64,000 nt of DNA from Macrostomum lignano (taxonomy: Eukaryota): the NCBI GenBank assembly GCA_002269645.1, contig NIVC01000882.1, forward strand, positions 1-64,000. The letters are read 5' to 3'. Position numbers and translations under genes: made by a program. The notes beneath the pieces are model-generated. The model had not been told where the DNA came from and ran no database searches. It worked only from the letters and a program-made list of their open reading frames with translations. Of this stretch, positions 1 through 12,023 are shown in pieces. The stretch's first letter is position 1; each line of letters opens with the position of its first letter.

Positions 1-1244
1 GAATTACTAATGCTAAGGTGGTTTGCAGCCTGTTGAGACTATTCAGTTTAGAGATTTGGCTACCATTTGCGCCAGCGTCATGGGCTGAAAGTGACTGTTG
101 AGGACTGCAAATCTCTTCAGGCAAATGTCTATCTGCAGACTAGTCTCTTTAGTCAATATACGATTCGAGATGATGACATTGTTTTTTAAGCTCAACTATG
201 TCATGCTGTTGGAGTGTCTGCAAATGTTCTCCGATACTGAAGCTTCCAGCCCTGCAGTGATGGGTATGATGGCTTGTCTATTTTTGTCATCTGATTACCA
301 GATTGTTGGGTAGATGACCAACTGAGTACACTGACTAATGACCCACTGAGCACACTGGATAGATGGCCCACTAAGCACACTGGATAGACCACTGAGCACT
401 CTGTATGTGGATAGATGACACTGAGCACTCTGGATGTGATGATGACCCACTGAGCACTCTGGATGCCCACTAAGCACACTGGATAGATGACCCACTGACA
501 CACTGACTAGATCACCCCACAGAGCACAGGGATAGATGATTACTAAGCACATGACTAGATGACCCACTGAGCACGCTGACTAGATGGCCAAGTGTTGACC
601 CTCTCAAATCATTCAGATGACCCACTGGCAATACTAGAATTGTAGTGGCACTGGTAATTAATTAAAAAAATCATAAAAAACGCCCCACCCACCAGAGCTG
701 TTCCTTCCCGACGACCGATCAGCCGTGGAGCTGCACCTGGAAGACGCGGGCGTCGTTACCGACTGCCGGATTCGCACAATCGAGCCCGAGCAGACTCTAG
801 ATTTTAATTTCAACGCGGCAGCCTGTGCTTCAAGGTGATTATCCGATCTGAGCAGCTCAAAGAGGTATTCTCCGAGCTGGATCCGCACAGCGAACTAGTG
901 GAAATATTCGTGAGCACCGAGCGGCGCCTATTTCGAATGTCAACATTCGGCGACCTTGGCCGAGGCGTGTACGATTTCCCGGCCGAATCTGAAGCCGTGG
1001 AGATGTTCCAGAGCCGGATGTCAGCGTGGCCTTCCGCTACAGGCACGCCTTGTTGAAATGCTGCCTGAAGGCTCTGCAAGCCTCCGCCAAGGCCAGCATT
1101 CGGTGCGACCAGCGCGGCTTCTTGTCATTGCAGTTTCTTGTCGAATCGGCCGACGGGCACAACTGCTTTATTGAATTCTTTCTGGTGCCGAATCAGCCAG
1201 AGGATGAGGACGAGATTGCCGGTAGCGACGACGAGCGACATTGA
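1..1244 (+). CDS. RAD1: RAD1 checkpoint clamp subunit (9-1-1 complex), 5' end outside window; 5 apparent 1-nt frameshifts
   Basis: Exons <1..263 and 696..1244 (GT-AG, phase 1). Joining frames gives ITNAKVVCSLL-TIQFRDLATICAS-HGLKVTVEDCKSLQANVYLQTSLF...FKLNYVMLLECLQMF...ELHLEDAGVVTDCRIRTIEPEQTLDFNF...KVIIRSEQLKEVFSELD...FRMSTFGDLG...KASIRCDQRGFLSLQFLVESADGHNCFIEFFLVP, collinear with human RAD1 as recalled (GIKVTVE, VVTVCKINTQEPEETLDFDF, RTDNRGFLSLQY). Frame changes near 37, 77, 185, 825 and 1022; could be a pseudogene. Confidence 0.9.
305..630. repeat. Degenerate minisatellite, about 25-bp unit (GATGACCCACTGAGCACACTGGATA), RAD1 intron
   Basis: Visible tandem units. Confidence 0.8.
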
Positions 1245-2020
1245 ATTACTGTGCACTTTTCCCAAGTATGCCCTAAATTTGGCTTTTTTGGCAGTTAAGT
1301 TTAGATTTGTTGGCAGCATCTACTATGAACGATTTTTAACTTCTAATTTCTACTATAAGTAGCATCAATTATTTAAGAGTATGTTGAAACCAGTTCGCAG
1401 TTTTTATATTTAATTCGTGCTGTGTGTTCAGTTGGTGCATTTTTACTATAAATAATTGGAAAAGTATTCAAAGTAAATAATAAGACTCAAACACGATCGA
1501 TACAGTAATTTGTAAAGCGGATACACTAGATAATGAACAGATCGAATTAAAGTTGGTCCTGCAATTTCACTCGTGCCTTACATTAAATTATATTTATTAT
1601 GGGCAAATAATTCACATTACAGATGTCAGTACGTAAAGTAGGAATGTATCAAAGATTTCTGATGATAAAAAGAGCTACGAAACCTGTCAACATTCAAATC
1701 AATTGGTTTCGAAACCTGATAGTTTTGGAAGAATCAGACGGCGTGTCTTGATGTTTTATATGGGATTCATCAAACCGTTATTTACAAACCTCATAAATAT
1801 ATTGTATATTCTCAATAAGGATTAAGTCATACATACATCCAGTCCAGTTTAACTAAAATTTACTTTTTGTTAAAAATTAAGAATCATAATGGCACGCAAT
1901 GAATAAGATGGATAGATAATTATAATGATAACATTTTATCTATAAAAGTTAAAGCTACAAAAAGAAAAATCACTTTAGAATCATTAGCATACTACTGAAT
2001 ACGTCTAGTAGTTAATTGAT

Positions 2021-5000
2021 TCACTTTTTCTTCATGCCAAACAAGCTGCCAATGCCTTTGCCCTTCTTCGCCTTGCCAACCTCGGCCGCTTCGTGATGAC
2101 CTCCATCCATCTCGTCCTCTGGCATCTCGTGCGGCGCTGCAGTGGAATAAAACTGTGCATAAAAATCCTCACTATGCTACTTAAAATTCTATAGTAGTAT
2201 TGAACTCAGAGATAATAATGCTTTACCATCGTGGCCTGATTCGGAGCCTTTCTTCTTTTTGTCTTTTTTGCTGCCCTTCTTCACCGGCATCGGGGCTGGG
2301 AAATGGTGGAGTTTAGAAGAGAGGATATAAGTAAGGTAACTAACAATATGACGAGGCGTTACAATCAGTAAATTTACCGCGCCGTTGACCCTTAACTTTA
2401 GATATGGTAAACTTTTAAGCAAGTTGATTGGAAAACCGATATCGCTTTGTCTTTGAAACTCTAGGCGAGCTTTGCCCATAGACAAGGACTAACTCAAGAT
2501 TTCCCGTTACGCATCTCCACTGCATTCTTCCTCCCGCAATGAACGACTACCAAGGCTAGACTCCACAACTCACGCGGCTGATAGCCAACAGCGGCAGCTC
2601 CGGCCTCCTCAAGCGTGGCCGCCTCTACTAGCAAAGCCAGCTCCTCCGGGGTCGGCTTCTGCACAACCAGGCGCACCCGATCACCGGTGGCCTTCAGCGT
2701 GGCCACAGCCTGCTGATGCGTGCAGCCGTGCAAGACGACGCCGTCAACGGCTAGCAGCCGGTCGCCGAACTCGATGCTGCCGTCCTGCTGGGCGGCGCCG
2801 CCGTCAATGATCTTAGTGACGAATATGGAGTCGTCGCCGCCAGATGTTGGTTGTCAACGCCGCCAGCGATGCTGAAGCCGAGGCCATTGAGCGTCTTGGT
2901 GAGGATCACCTGTGAGCGAGAGATTGGGCAGTGTAAAACATCTGAGTGCGCCGCATTTATACGCTTGTCAGATATGGAAATGGGAATTCTCCAATTACAA
3001 TGATGCAAATGGGGTTTTTCCCATAACAGTCATGCAAATGGGATTTCTCCCCATTACAGCATTCATGCAAATGGGATTTCTCCACATTACAGTCATGCAA
3101 ATAGGATTTTCCCATTGCAGTCTTGCAAATGGGATTTTCCCATTACAATCATTCAAATTGGATTTCTCCCATTATAGTCCTGCAAATGGGATTTCTCCCA
3201 TTATAGTCCTGCAAATGGGATTTCTCCCCATTACAGACATGCAAATGGGATTTCTCCCATTACAGTCTTGTAAATTGGGATTTCTCCCCATTACAATCAT
3301 TCAAATGGGACTTGTGCCCCTTTCTTTTTGCAGGCATACAAATGTAACCACATCTACAGATAGATAAGAACTAGAAATGGGATTTTAATGAACGACACTC
3401 AAAACTTTTAAATTCCCAAACCTGAAAATCAAAGATCCTCACCTCAAAGGATCCATTCTCGGCCATCTGCGGCGCCCCGCCGAGCTGCTGTGGCGGCGGC
3501 TGCTGCTGCATCATCGGCGCCCGCAGCAGCAGCAGGCGAAGCTGATTGCCAGACATCTTCAACGCGTTCACTGCGGCCGCGTGCGACACGGCGGTGACGT
3601 CAACGCCGTTGACGGCGAGAATGACGTCATCGACGCGCATCCGACCGTCGAGTTCGGCGACGCCGCCAGGCACAACCTTGGTGACAAAGACCGACTGTCG
3701 CCGGGCAGGTGAGGCTCGTCCACGCCACCGGCGATGCTGAAACCGAAGCCGCCTTGACTGGCCCGCTGCAGCACGATCTCGAAGGCGCCGTCGGAGGCCG
3801 ATGCGGCGGCAGCTGCGGCCCGCTCGGGCGAGTCACGGTGCTGTTTCTGTAGGCGGAGAGACCAGGCCCAATTTTTCTGATATATGCTCTGCTCACTACT
3901 ACTCAGTAGTTTTCTTACTATTGTTGTTAATCCTTATAGAGCGAGAAGACAAGCAGTTACGACCATCCTGCTGAGTCCAGAGCTAGAACATGGTCACACA
4001 GGCACACGCTCACACAGGGTGTACAGTGGCCTTGAGTTACTTCAGGGGTTAGGCAGGGGTTACCCGTTAGGGTTAGGCATTAAGCTACTCTGCGTGAAGC
4101 ATTTTGGTTGGGGATATTCAAAGTCTATCTTGTTAAGTGTTCTCTATGCTGTAAAGCCTGTCTATACTACTTTTGAGGGGCTTGTACAGAAAAAATTTCC
4201 CCAGGGGCTTGACATGCGTTTCACGCCTATGAGCACCAACCCCCAAGACACAGAGAATGTGCATGCCTGATGGTTGTGAGCGTCTCTAATGTGTATGAGT
4301 GCGTGTCTGGCTGCCTGTGTACGGTATCTGTGCGCTTGTATGTGTTCAGGAGTCAGGTCGGATAATAATATGATTGATTACATCTGCCCTGATGGCCAGA
4401 TGTGCAACCGACAGCTCAGTCGCAGCTATTGCGCGGCGCGTCTGAACGCTGCGTACGGATGTTCAGTCCAGGGACTGGGGGTCACACACCCTCACCCTCA
4501 ATTACCCCAGCTAATGCTGGCACCCATTTTACAGCTGGGTGAACTGAAGCAATGCAGAGTTAAGTGTCCTGCTCAGGGACACAAATACAAATTGTTCCAG
4601 TGGGATCGAGAATCGAACCCCGACCTTCAAGTCGTGAGTCCGACGCTCCAACCACTAGACTACAACCCTTTGGGAGTCAGAGGAATGCGCTGAAGTAGCT
4701 CAGCGCTAATCGTGGGACGATGTCGCCAAAGGCGTTGAGCCAGGGTGCCCACAGCCCTCCTGTGAATAGATCAATTGATGCATTTATTTAACCTGCTGCA
4801 CACCTGAGACTTCTGCTTAGCGGCGCCAGGCTGATGACTGGGCGGCGCAGTCTCGGCCCATCTGTCGGGCTCCTTCACGGATTCCAGGGCTCGCTGCTCC
4901 GCCGTTTTGTTTTCGTCTATCAGGGTCACTTCGTAGAATTCTTGGATGTCTGCGCGGATGGGCGATTCTTAGATTACCTCCACATCCCTGCATCTCCGAT

Positions 5001-7733
5001 TCTGTACTCCTTAAACTGCCTCGCATCATTGCATCTCCGAATCCCTGCCTTCTAAACTGTTTCACATTCCTGCATCTCCGAATCCCTGCCTTCTAAGCTG
5101 TCTCACATCCCTGCATCTCCGATTATCTACTCCCTATACTGCCTCACATCCCTGCATCTTCGATTCCCTGCTCCCTAAACTGTCTCACATCCCTGCCATC
5201 TCCGATTATCTACTCCCTATACTGCCTCACATCCCTGCATCTTCGATTCCCTGCTCCCTAAACTGTCTCACATCCCTGCATCTCCGATTCCCGCTCCCTA
5301 AACTGTCTCACATCCCTGCATCTCCGATTCCCCGCTCCCTAAACTGTCTCACATCCCTGCATCTTCGATTTCCTGCTCCCTAAACTGTCTCACATCCCTG
5401 CATCTCTGATTATCTACTCCCTAAACTGCCTCGCATCCCTGCATCTCCGATTCCTACCCCCTATGCCCATAACTTTCCCTATTTCTAGGGAATAAACTTA
5501 CTCTAAGCACCCCTACTCTTTTTCTTCCTGAAATTTACAATGCCACGCAAACTAACTCCCATATGACCATAGCAAAGTACATTTCTTGCAAAGAAATCTT
5601 TACAAAAGTTCAAACATTACCCAGCAGGGCATTAAACAGCTTGGACTTGAAGATCTTGATGACTCGTTCAATAGATGCGCGTAGTTGAGCATCCTCGGTG
5701 GTATTAAGGCGCCTATGGTATTGCTCTAGTAGCTCTAGGGCTCTGGTTGCATCTGTCAATAAATATGGTTGATCAATATTTATACTATATCAGGTTGAGA
5801 GTGCATATATACAATTGGACTTAAAACAATCTAATAAGATAAAAATATTTTATCTATGCCGAAGCTTATTTAGCTGAGTGAAAGTTTCCAAACTAAAGAC
5901 TCATTGTAGTTAAATTATGGGCTATGCAAATAAGATCATTGATGCAAATTACATGACTGAATGAAAGCAACTATGGCTCTTAACAATGTTAGCAATATAG
6001 CTTAGAAAAGAAAAATAATAGGATTGCACCATAACCAAAACTTCTATATCTATAGAAAAGAATTTATTTCTTTAAATAAAATAAATAAAAACATACTTAA
6101 ATTAAAATTTCCTAGGCTTTTTTCATTGTATTTTCATTTTCTTCTAAAGATAAAAACAGGAACCTATCAATAAATTGTTTTTCTTATTCAATAATTCTTG
6201 GATGCAAGATATCTATGTTATTTCAAATCTAGACTTATCAGATATTATGTCTTCTTTCTCTATATCCTTTATGCATGTCTATAAATTAATATAGGTTTTC
6301 ATATTAAAAGAGACCAACCTTTTACCTCTATAGCATTTTAATAATATAAATGAAAAGATTGTTGGGCAATTCCCACTGCACTCTTATATTCCTATCCTCA
6401 TTTCTTAGCAGATAGAACTACCCTTCCTAGCTCTCTATTTAGTAATTTAGATGTTTTTAGTCATTACTCATTTGTTATAATCAATAATTGCTAATCTTCT
6501 AAGATGGAATCTTGATTTTTTAATAGAAACCTATATTGAATTTTTGCTTAATCTTCTAGGATAGACTCTTAACATGGCAATTTTGAAACAAAAAACTTGT
6601 AGCTATGCAGAATTTTTTGTTGAAGTGTCTAACTGTAAAAAACATGCAAGTTTATTCATATTGCAACAATAAAGGTCTTTTTGTGATTTTAATAGTAAAT
6701 GACTTTTGGGAAGCACTTGCATCCTATTTTTATGTGTCACAACACAAGTAGAATACAATTTTTCCAAATAGACCTAATTCATGCTAACTTCTAGTTTTTA
6801 TTGTTGCATAAGATTTTTACAAAGTCTATATAATTGTATAAGTTGGTCAAGGGAATGTCTTAGTTTCTTGTGTTAAATTATTTTGACTTAATTTTTAGTA
6901 TTTTCAGTATAAATCATGGCTGGAAAACCTTGAGTGCTTGTAAATATTGTACCTCCTGCCAATTTGTGGCCATTAGCCGACCTTTATGACCTTAAGATTA
7001 GTCACCATAATCTGGTGCTATTATTGTATTAACAGTTGATGCTAAGTCAACTTTGCCTGCATTAAATTATTTTGAGCCAAAATTTAAAATAAACAAACAA
7101 AAGCAAGTTTCTTAAAGATTTAAAATGAGGCTTTAGTCTTAAAAAGAGTATTACATGGTGAAGTTTTGTAGTCAACATTATACCAATGACAACATTTTTG
7201 ACTCCCACCTTAGCAAGTTTCTCTGGCATCAACTCTACCTAGAAAAGAGCTTTGCAACTTTCTGTACTGGCTGACACATTACTAAGCTGTGTAATATACC
7301 TAAGACTTGTTTTAAATCTTTGATAAACTTGCTTTTGTTTGTTCATTTCAAATTTTGGGTCAAAATAATTTAACGCGGGAAACTAGGACATTGCCATTGG
7401 TCAACAATATGCATGCAAGTGTGCAAGTTTTTTCAGCATTCACAGAATGTGTCTAGGATGTTGTACAAAAGTTCCACCCTGACTAGGCCTAATCCTATGA
7501 ATCTCAGATCCTAATTCTAATCTATTCTAAAAAAAGGCCTAATTTTAACACTTTTTGGAAAAATATCAAGTTGCTAAAAATTGTGGGGGGGGCCAGGTAC
7601 TATTGATGCTCCCTCTACTTTAAAAGTGGGGGTATGGCCTTCCCTATTATAGATCCAATTTTGGATTCACGTTTTAATAATAAAATGCCTGTAATATTAA
7701 AATCAATTACTTACCTTCTTTTCGAACAGGCAT
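2021..7733 (-). CDS. DLG1: Short Discs-large (DLG1/SAP97-like) protein: L27 + PDZ1 + PDZ2 + Lys-rich tail, about 407 aa
   Basis: Exons 7733-7715 (MPVRKE), 5752-5621 (DATRALELLEQYHRRLNTTEDAQLRASIERVIKIFKSKLFNALL), 4949-4804 (DIQEFYEVTLIDENK), 3846-3443 (PDZ1, GFGFSIAGG), 2909-2574 (PDZ2, GLGFSIAGGVDNQH), 2295-2227 and 2136-2021 (stop TGA). All GT-AG with compatible phases once two 1-nt deletions (about 3692 and 2842) are corrected. The N-terminus matches DLG1 MPVRKQ/DTQRAL/DIQEFYEVTL, including intron positions as recalled. Confidence 0.9.
2975..3320. repeat. Minisatellite, about 30-31-bp unit (GCAAATGGGATTTCTCCCCATTACAGTCAT), DLG intron
   Basis: Visible tandem units. Confidence 0.85.
4400..4666 (-). 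mobile_element. tRNA-derived CORE-type SINE
   Basis: The minus strand starts with an A box (TAGTCTAGTGG) and B box (GGTTCGATTC), followed by TGTGTCCCTGAGCAGGACACTTAACTCTGCATTGCTTCAGTTCACCCAGCTGTAAAATGGG, which resembles the MIR/CORE domain. Confidence 0.7.
4975..5460. repeat. Minisatellite, about 41-bp unit (CTCACATCCCTGCATCTCCGATTCCCTGCTCCCTAAACTGT), DLG intron
   Basis: Visible tandem units. Confidence 0.9.
7053..7382. mobile_element. MITE-like inverted repeat (about 90-bp arms) in DLG intron 1
   Basis: TTAAATTATTTTGAGCCAAAATTTAAAATAAACAAACAAAAGCAAGTTTCTTAAAGATTTAAAA (about 7061-7125) pairs with TTTTAAATCTTTGATAAACTTGCTTTTGTTTGTTCATTTCAAATTTTGGGTCAAAATAATTTAA (about 7310-7373). Confidence 0.7.
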
Positions 7734-9788
7734 TCCCTATTCTAATAATAATTTTAGAGGAGTAAATAATCAATTTAGAGACAACTCAACCTAAATAAAG
7801 GAGAATATTTCTATTGTTTTTTATGACAGTGGCTCAGATATCACAGGCCTAGTCTTTGAACTTAGCTTTTAGTAATGCGGAAAAGACCAGCTTCAAAAAG
7901 CAAAAGGAAATGCATATACTTAAAACGTATTTTAGTGAATTCAGCACAATATTAAATTGAAAATAACTTAAAATTCTTTTTAAAAGAGTTTTTTAACAGT
8001 TTAGAAGATAAATTTAAATAGAAGTACAAAGCTAAAAGCTGATTTGTTAAAACGAACACCTGCTAACTTAAAAATAGCTTTTTCTGCGAAATCACTTCGC
8101 AATTTCAACAGACGCACACCAAAACCTCCAGGTACCTTCTATAGTTTACTATTTTATCGGCATATTGTGCATAATAAATATCCGCAAAATGTAGCTATGT
8201 CAAATTGTGCGCTAACTAATTTATTTATTTTCGTACTGAAATAATCAGCTGGCATTTTCTATATATTTACTTTGCAGTTTTCTGGCACAAAATTTTATTG
8301 ATTAATTTGTATATTGCACTTGGGGGTTTGTCTGATTAGGCTTATTTTCGGATGAAGCTTGTTTATCAATTGATGATTTGTTTACATGTTAATTATAAAT
8401 ATACACTTACAGTCAGTTAGTAGTGGCTTTCTCATTTCTTTTTTGTTTGTGGGCCCTTAGCCATCTAGCTTTTCTTACTTTCACAAGTTTTTGCCACTTA
8501 CCTTAGCCCACCAATCAACAGGGTCCCAACTGGCCTTTGCAAATCACAACCAGAACCCATTGCATTAAAAGTCCATAAAATACCAATTTTTACATTATCC
8601 TAGATTAGAATTTTGGCTACTAATTTAGATCATTGACTCAATCAAATTAAATTAAATTAACCACTACATAAAAGTCTTCTGCCTTAATTGTCACATATCT
8701 ATTGCTCTGTTTATTCATCTTAAATTTTATCAATATAATAAAACCTTGAAATTTTCTAGAAAAAGTTTTAAAATTGTTTTTAGACTCATTTCTCATTCAA
8801 TTTTTTTTCAAATACAAGAGTTGAGACAAGATAATACCTATACAGCTATATATGCATTATACATTGGCCTTTATACTAATGAATTGGCTATTCATTGATC
8901 TCATCTTTATTATATCATAAAAATTCATTAATTATTGTCTATTACCATTTTGGCACTATGGGTCTAAATCCAAATTCATGATGCCAAAGAAATTGCAGCA
9001 TTATACTATATAGGAACCATTTGGCATCAAAAACCCTAGTCCTAGGGCTTAATAAATTAATTGTCATTCTCTATGGCATATGTCTAATGTACTAGAGTCC
9101 AGGTCATAGTTTATACTAGGCCTAATAATAATTGCTAGTGAATTGAAATAGTTTCAAAGGACCTAGTCTAATTGGCAATAAAAATTAGGGTTGGGTTGTA
9201 TGCCCTCAAGAATTAAAAATCTTAGTTGGAGATTCTTATAGGTATAGATGTAGAAATTTTTAAATGGGAGATGCAAGTTATTAAGGTACATGTATCTACC
9301 TAATATTGAATTAGAAATCCAACTTGGCAAATTTAAAGGGGAGGCACATAGGGTATATGGCCTCTCATCAAGTTTTTCGATGCAGAAAAGGATATTAATA
9401 TGCTCCTTAATAACAATTCCAATGAATAAATAACTTAATCTTAAGTTAAAAAAATGTTTAATTGGCAAGATAGACGGTCATGCATAAAATTGTCAACTAT
9501 ATAGTATAAATTTTTGTTGGCTATTGATACTTTGTTTAAATTTTATTATATCTCTCCTAGCAATTTATGTTCTCTTTGTTATACTTTTGCTTTTCATACT
9601 TTGGCTTTTCAGATAGCAAGTATAAGAAAATTTCTAAATCTACCTGAAGTACAAGTGGCTACTTTAATAACTTTAATAAATAATATGATTTACTTACAAA
9701 TGTATAGAAAATTTACTAGTACAAATTTAAGATGCTAGAAACTCCACACTTGTGTTGAAATCTATCCTTTCATGTTAGCCCATACGCC

Positions 9789-12023
9789 ATGATAGGCGGC
9801 CTATTTGTCTACAACCACAAAGGCGAGGTGCTGATCTCTCGTGTCTACCGAGACGACATCGGCCGCAACGCTGTAGACGCATTTCGCGTCAATGTAATCC
9901 ACGCCAGACAGCAGGTCCGCTCCCCGGTGAACATGATCGCCAGGACCAGCTTCTTTCACGTGAAGCGGTCCAACATCTGGCTCTGCGCCGTCTCTAAAAA
10001 GAATCTAAATGCCGCGCTGGTGTTTCAATTTCTCTATAAAATGCTGGAAGTTATGGGATCATACTTTGGCAAAATTAATGAGGAAAATATTAAAAATAAT
10101 TTTGTGCTCATCTATGAGCTGCTAGACGAGCTGCTTGATTATGGCTATCCGCAGAACACTGACACTGGAGTGCTCAAGACCTTCATCACTCAGCAGGGCG
10201 TCAAGTCGCAGACCAAGGAGGAGACTACTAAGATTACCAATCAGGTGAGATTATCACATATACAGCATCTGAATATTAAATCCTTTGACTGACTGACTGA
10301 CTGACTGACTGACTGACTGACTGACTGACTGACTGACTGACTGACTGACTGACTGACTGACTGACTGACTGACTGACTGACTGACTGACTGACTGACTGA
10401 CTGACTGACTGACTGACTGACTGACTGACTGACTGACTGACTGACTGACTGACTGACTGACTGACTGACTGACTGACTGACTGACTGACTGACTGACTGA
10501 CTGACTGACTGACTGACTGACTGACTGACTGACTGACTGACTGACTGACTGACTGACTGACTGACTGACTGACTGACTGACTGACTGACTGACTGACTGA
10601 CTGACTGACTGACTGACTGACTGACTGACTGACTGACTGACTGACTGACTGACTGACTGACTGACTGACTGACTGACTGACTGACTGACTGACTGACTGA
10701 CTGACTGACTGACTGACTGACTGACTGACTGACTGACTGACTGACTGACTGACTGACTGACTGACTGACTGACTGACTGACTGACTGACTGACTGACTGA
10801 CTGACTAACTAACTATTCATTTATAACTATAACTATTAATTTGTCCTAATTTCTCCCTCTCCAAGGTCACGGGCCAGATTGCCTGGCGCCGCGAGGGCAT
10901 CAAGTACCGCCGCAACGAGCTGTTCCTAGACGTGGTTGAGTCCGTCAACCTGCTGATGTCGCCCCAAGGCCAGGTGCTGTCCGCCCACGTGTCCGGCCGG
11001 GTGCTAATGAAATCCTACCTGTCCGGCATGCCAGAGTGCAAGTTCGGCATCAACGACAAGGTGATCGTCGAGAGCCGTCGCGCTGCCGACTCATCGTCCG
11101 CCGCCGGCGCCACCAAGTCCGGCCACATCGCCATCGACGACTGCCAGTTCCACCAGTGCGTGAAGCTCAGCAAGTTCGACACGGAGCACGCCATCTCGTT
11201 CATCCCGCCTGACGGCGAGTTTTTACCGAAACACCAAGGACATCAGTTCCGGGTCATCCCGCTGGTACGCGAGATCGGCCGCACCAAGATGGAAGTCAAA
11301 GTGTGGTTTTTCAAGCCGTCACTGTTTTGAGGTCAGGATCCCCACCCGCTAAACACTAGCGGAGTGGTGATCTTGAAGGGCAAGGCCAGGTACAAGGCTT
11401 CGGACAATGCCATCGTGTGGAAGATCAAACGGATGGGCGGTATGAAGGAGTGGCAGCTGAGCGCCGAAATCGATCTGCTCAACGCCACGGACAAGGCTAA
11501 GAAGTGGACCCGGCCGCCCATCTCCATGAACTTTGAGGTTTGTACCAGTCTGCTTGCTTTGCTGCCACTTTTGCTCACCTTGCCGTCACTAATCTTGCTT
11601 GGGAGTCTAATTAGTGACTGTTTATTAGGACTGTTCACTGTGACCTTTGGTGATTATTCCCACTGTGACCCTTTGTGGCGAATATTCCCTGTGACCATTG
11701 TTTCTGTCTATTCACTGTGACCCTCAGTAGTGACTGTAGTGACTGTTCACTGTGAGCCTTGGTGTTGACAGTTCACTGGCACCTTAGGTGGTGACTGTTC
11801 ACACTCTGACCAGTGGCTGTGACTGTTCACTGTGACTATTTTCAAATACACTTCAGCATGATAATTTGTGACAAATCGCCATTCTCAGGTGCCATTCGCT
11901 GCGTCGGGTTTCAAAGTGCGCTACCTGAAGGTGTTCGAGTCCAAGCTGAACTATTCCGATCACGACGTGATCAAGTGGGTTCGGTACATCGGCAAGAGCG
12001 GTCTGTACGAGACCAGGTGCTAG
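9789..12023 (+). CDS. AP2M1: AP-2 complex subunit mu (mu2); exon 2 disrupted by clustered deletions and an in-frame TGA
   Basis: Exons 9789..10244, 10866..11537, 11889..12023. Starts [47 protein letters not shown] and ends [18 protein letters not shown], near-identical to metazoan mu2. Segment 11218..11376 is damaged (TGA at 11328-11330). Confidence 0.95.
10286..10805. repeat. Perfect (TGAC)n microsatellite, about 130 units, AP2M1 intron 1
   Basis: Uninterrupted tetranucleotide run. Confidence 0.98.
11620..11840. repeat. Degenerate repeat (GTGACTGTTCACTGTGACC-like), AP2M1 intron 2
   Basis: Recurrent CACTGTGAC/GTGACTGTTCAC motifs. Confidence 0.65.

Noticed and set aside
4040-4080. TTAGGG-like motifs
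   Set aside because: Only one or two imperfect units inside a SINE-like region; not a telomeric array.
4590-4666. tRNA-like sequences here and at about 22260-22320
   Set aside because: They have A/B boxes but no complete cloverleaf or acceptor stem that I can form, and they continue into SINE bodies; classified as SINE heads.
6180-6760. Possible heavily decayed coding remnant on the minus strand in DLG intron 1
   Set aside because: Many stops and no motif I could assign; cannot be supported without a translated search.
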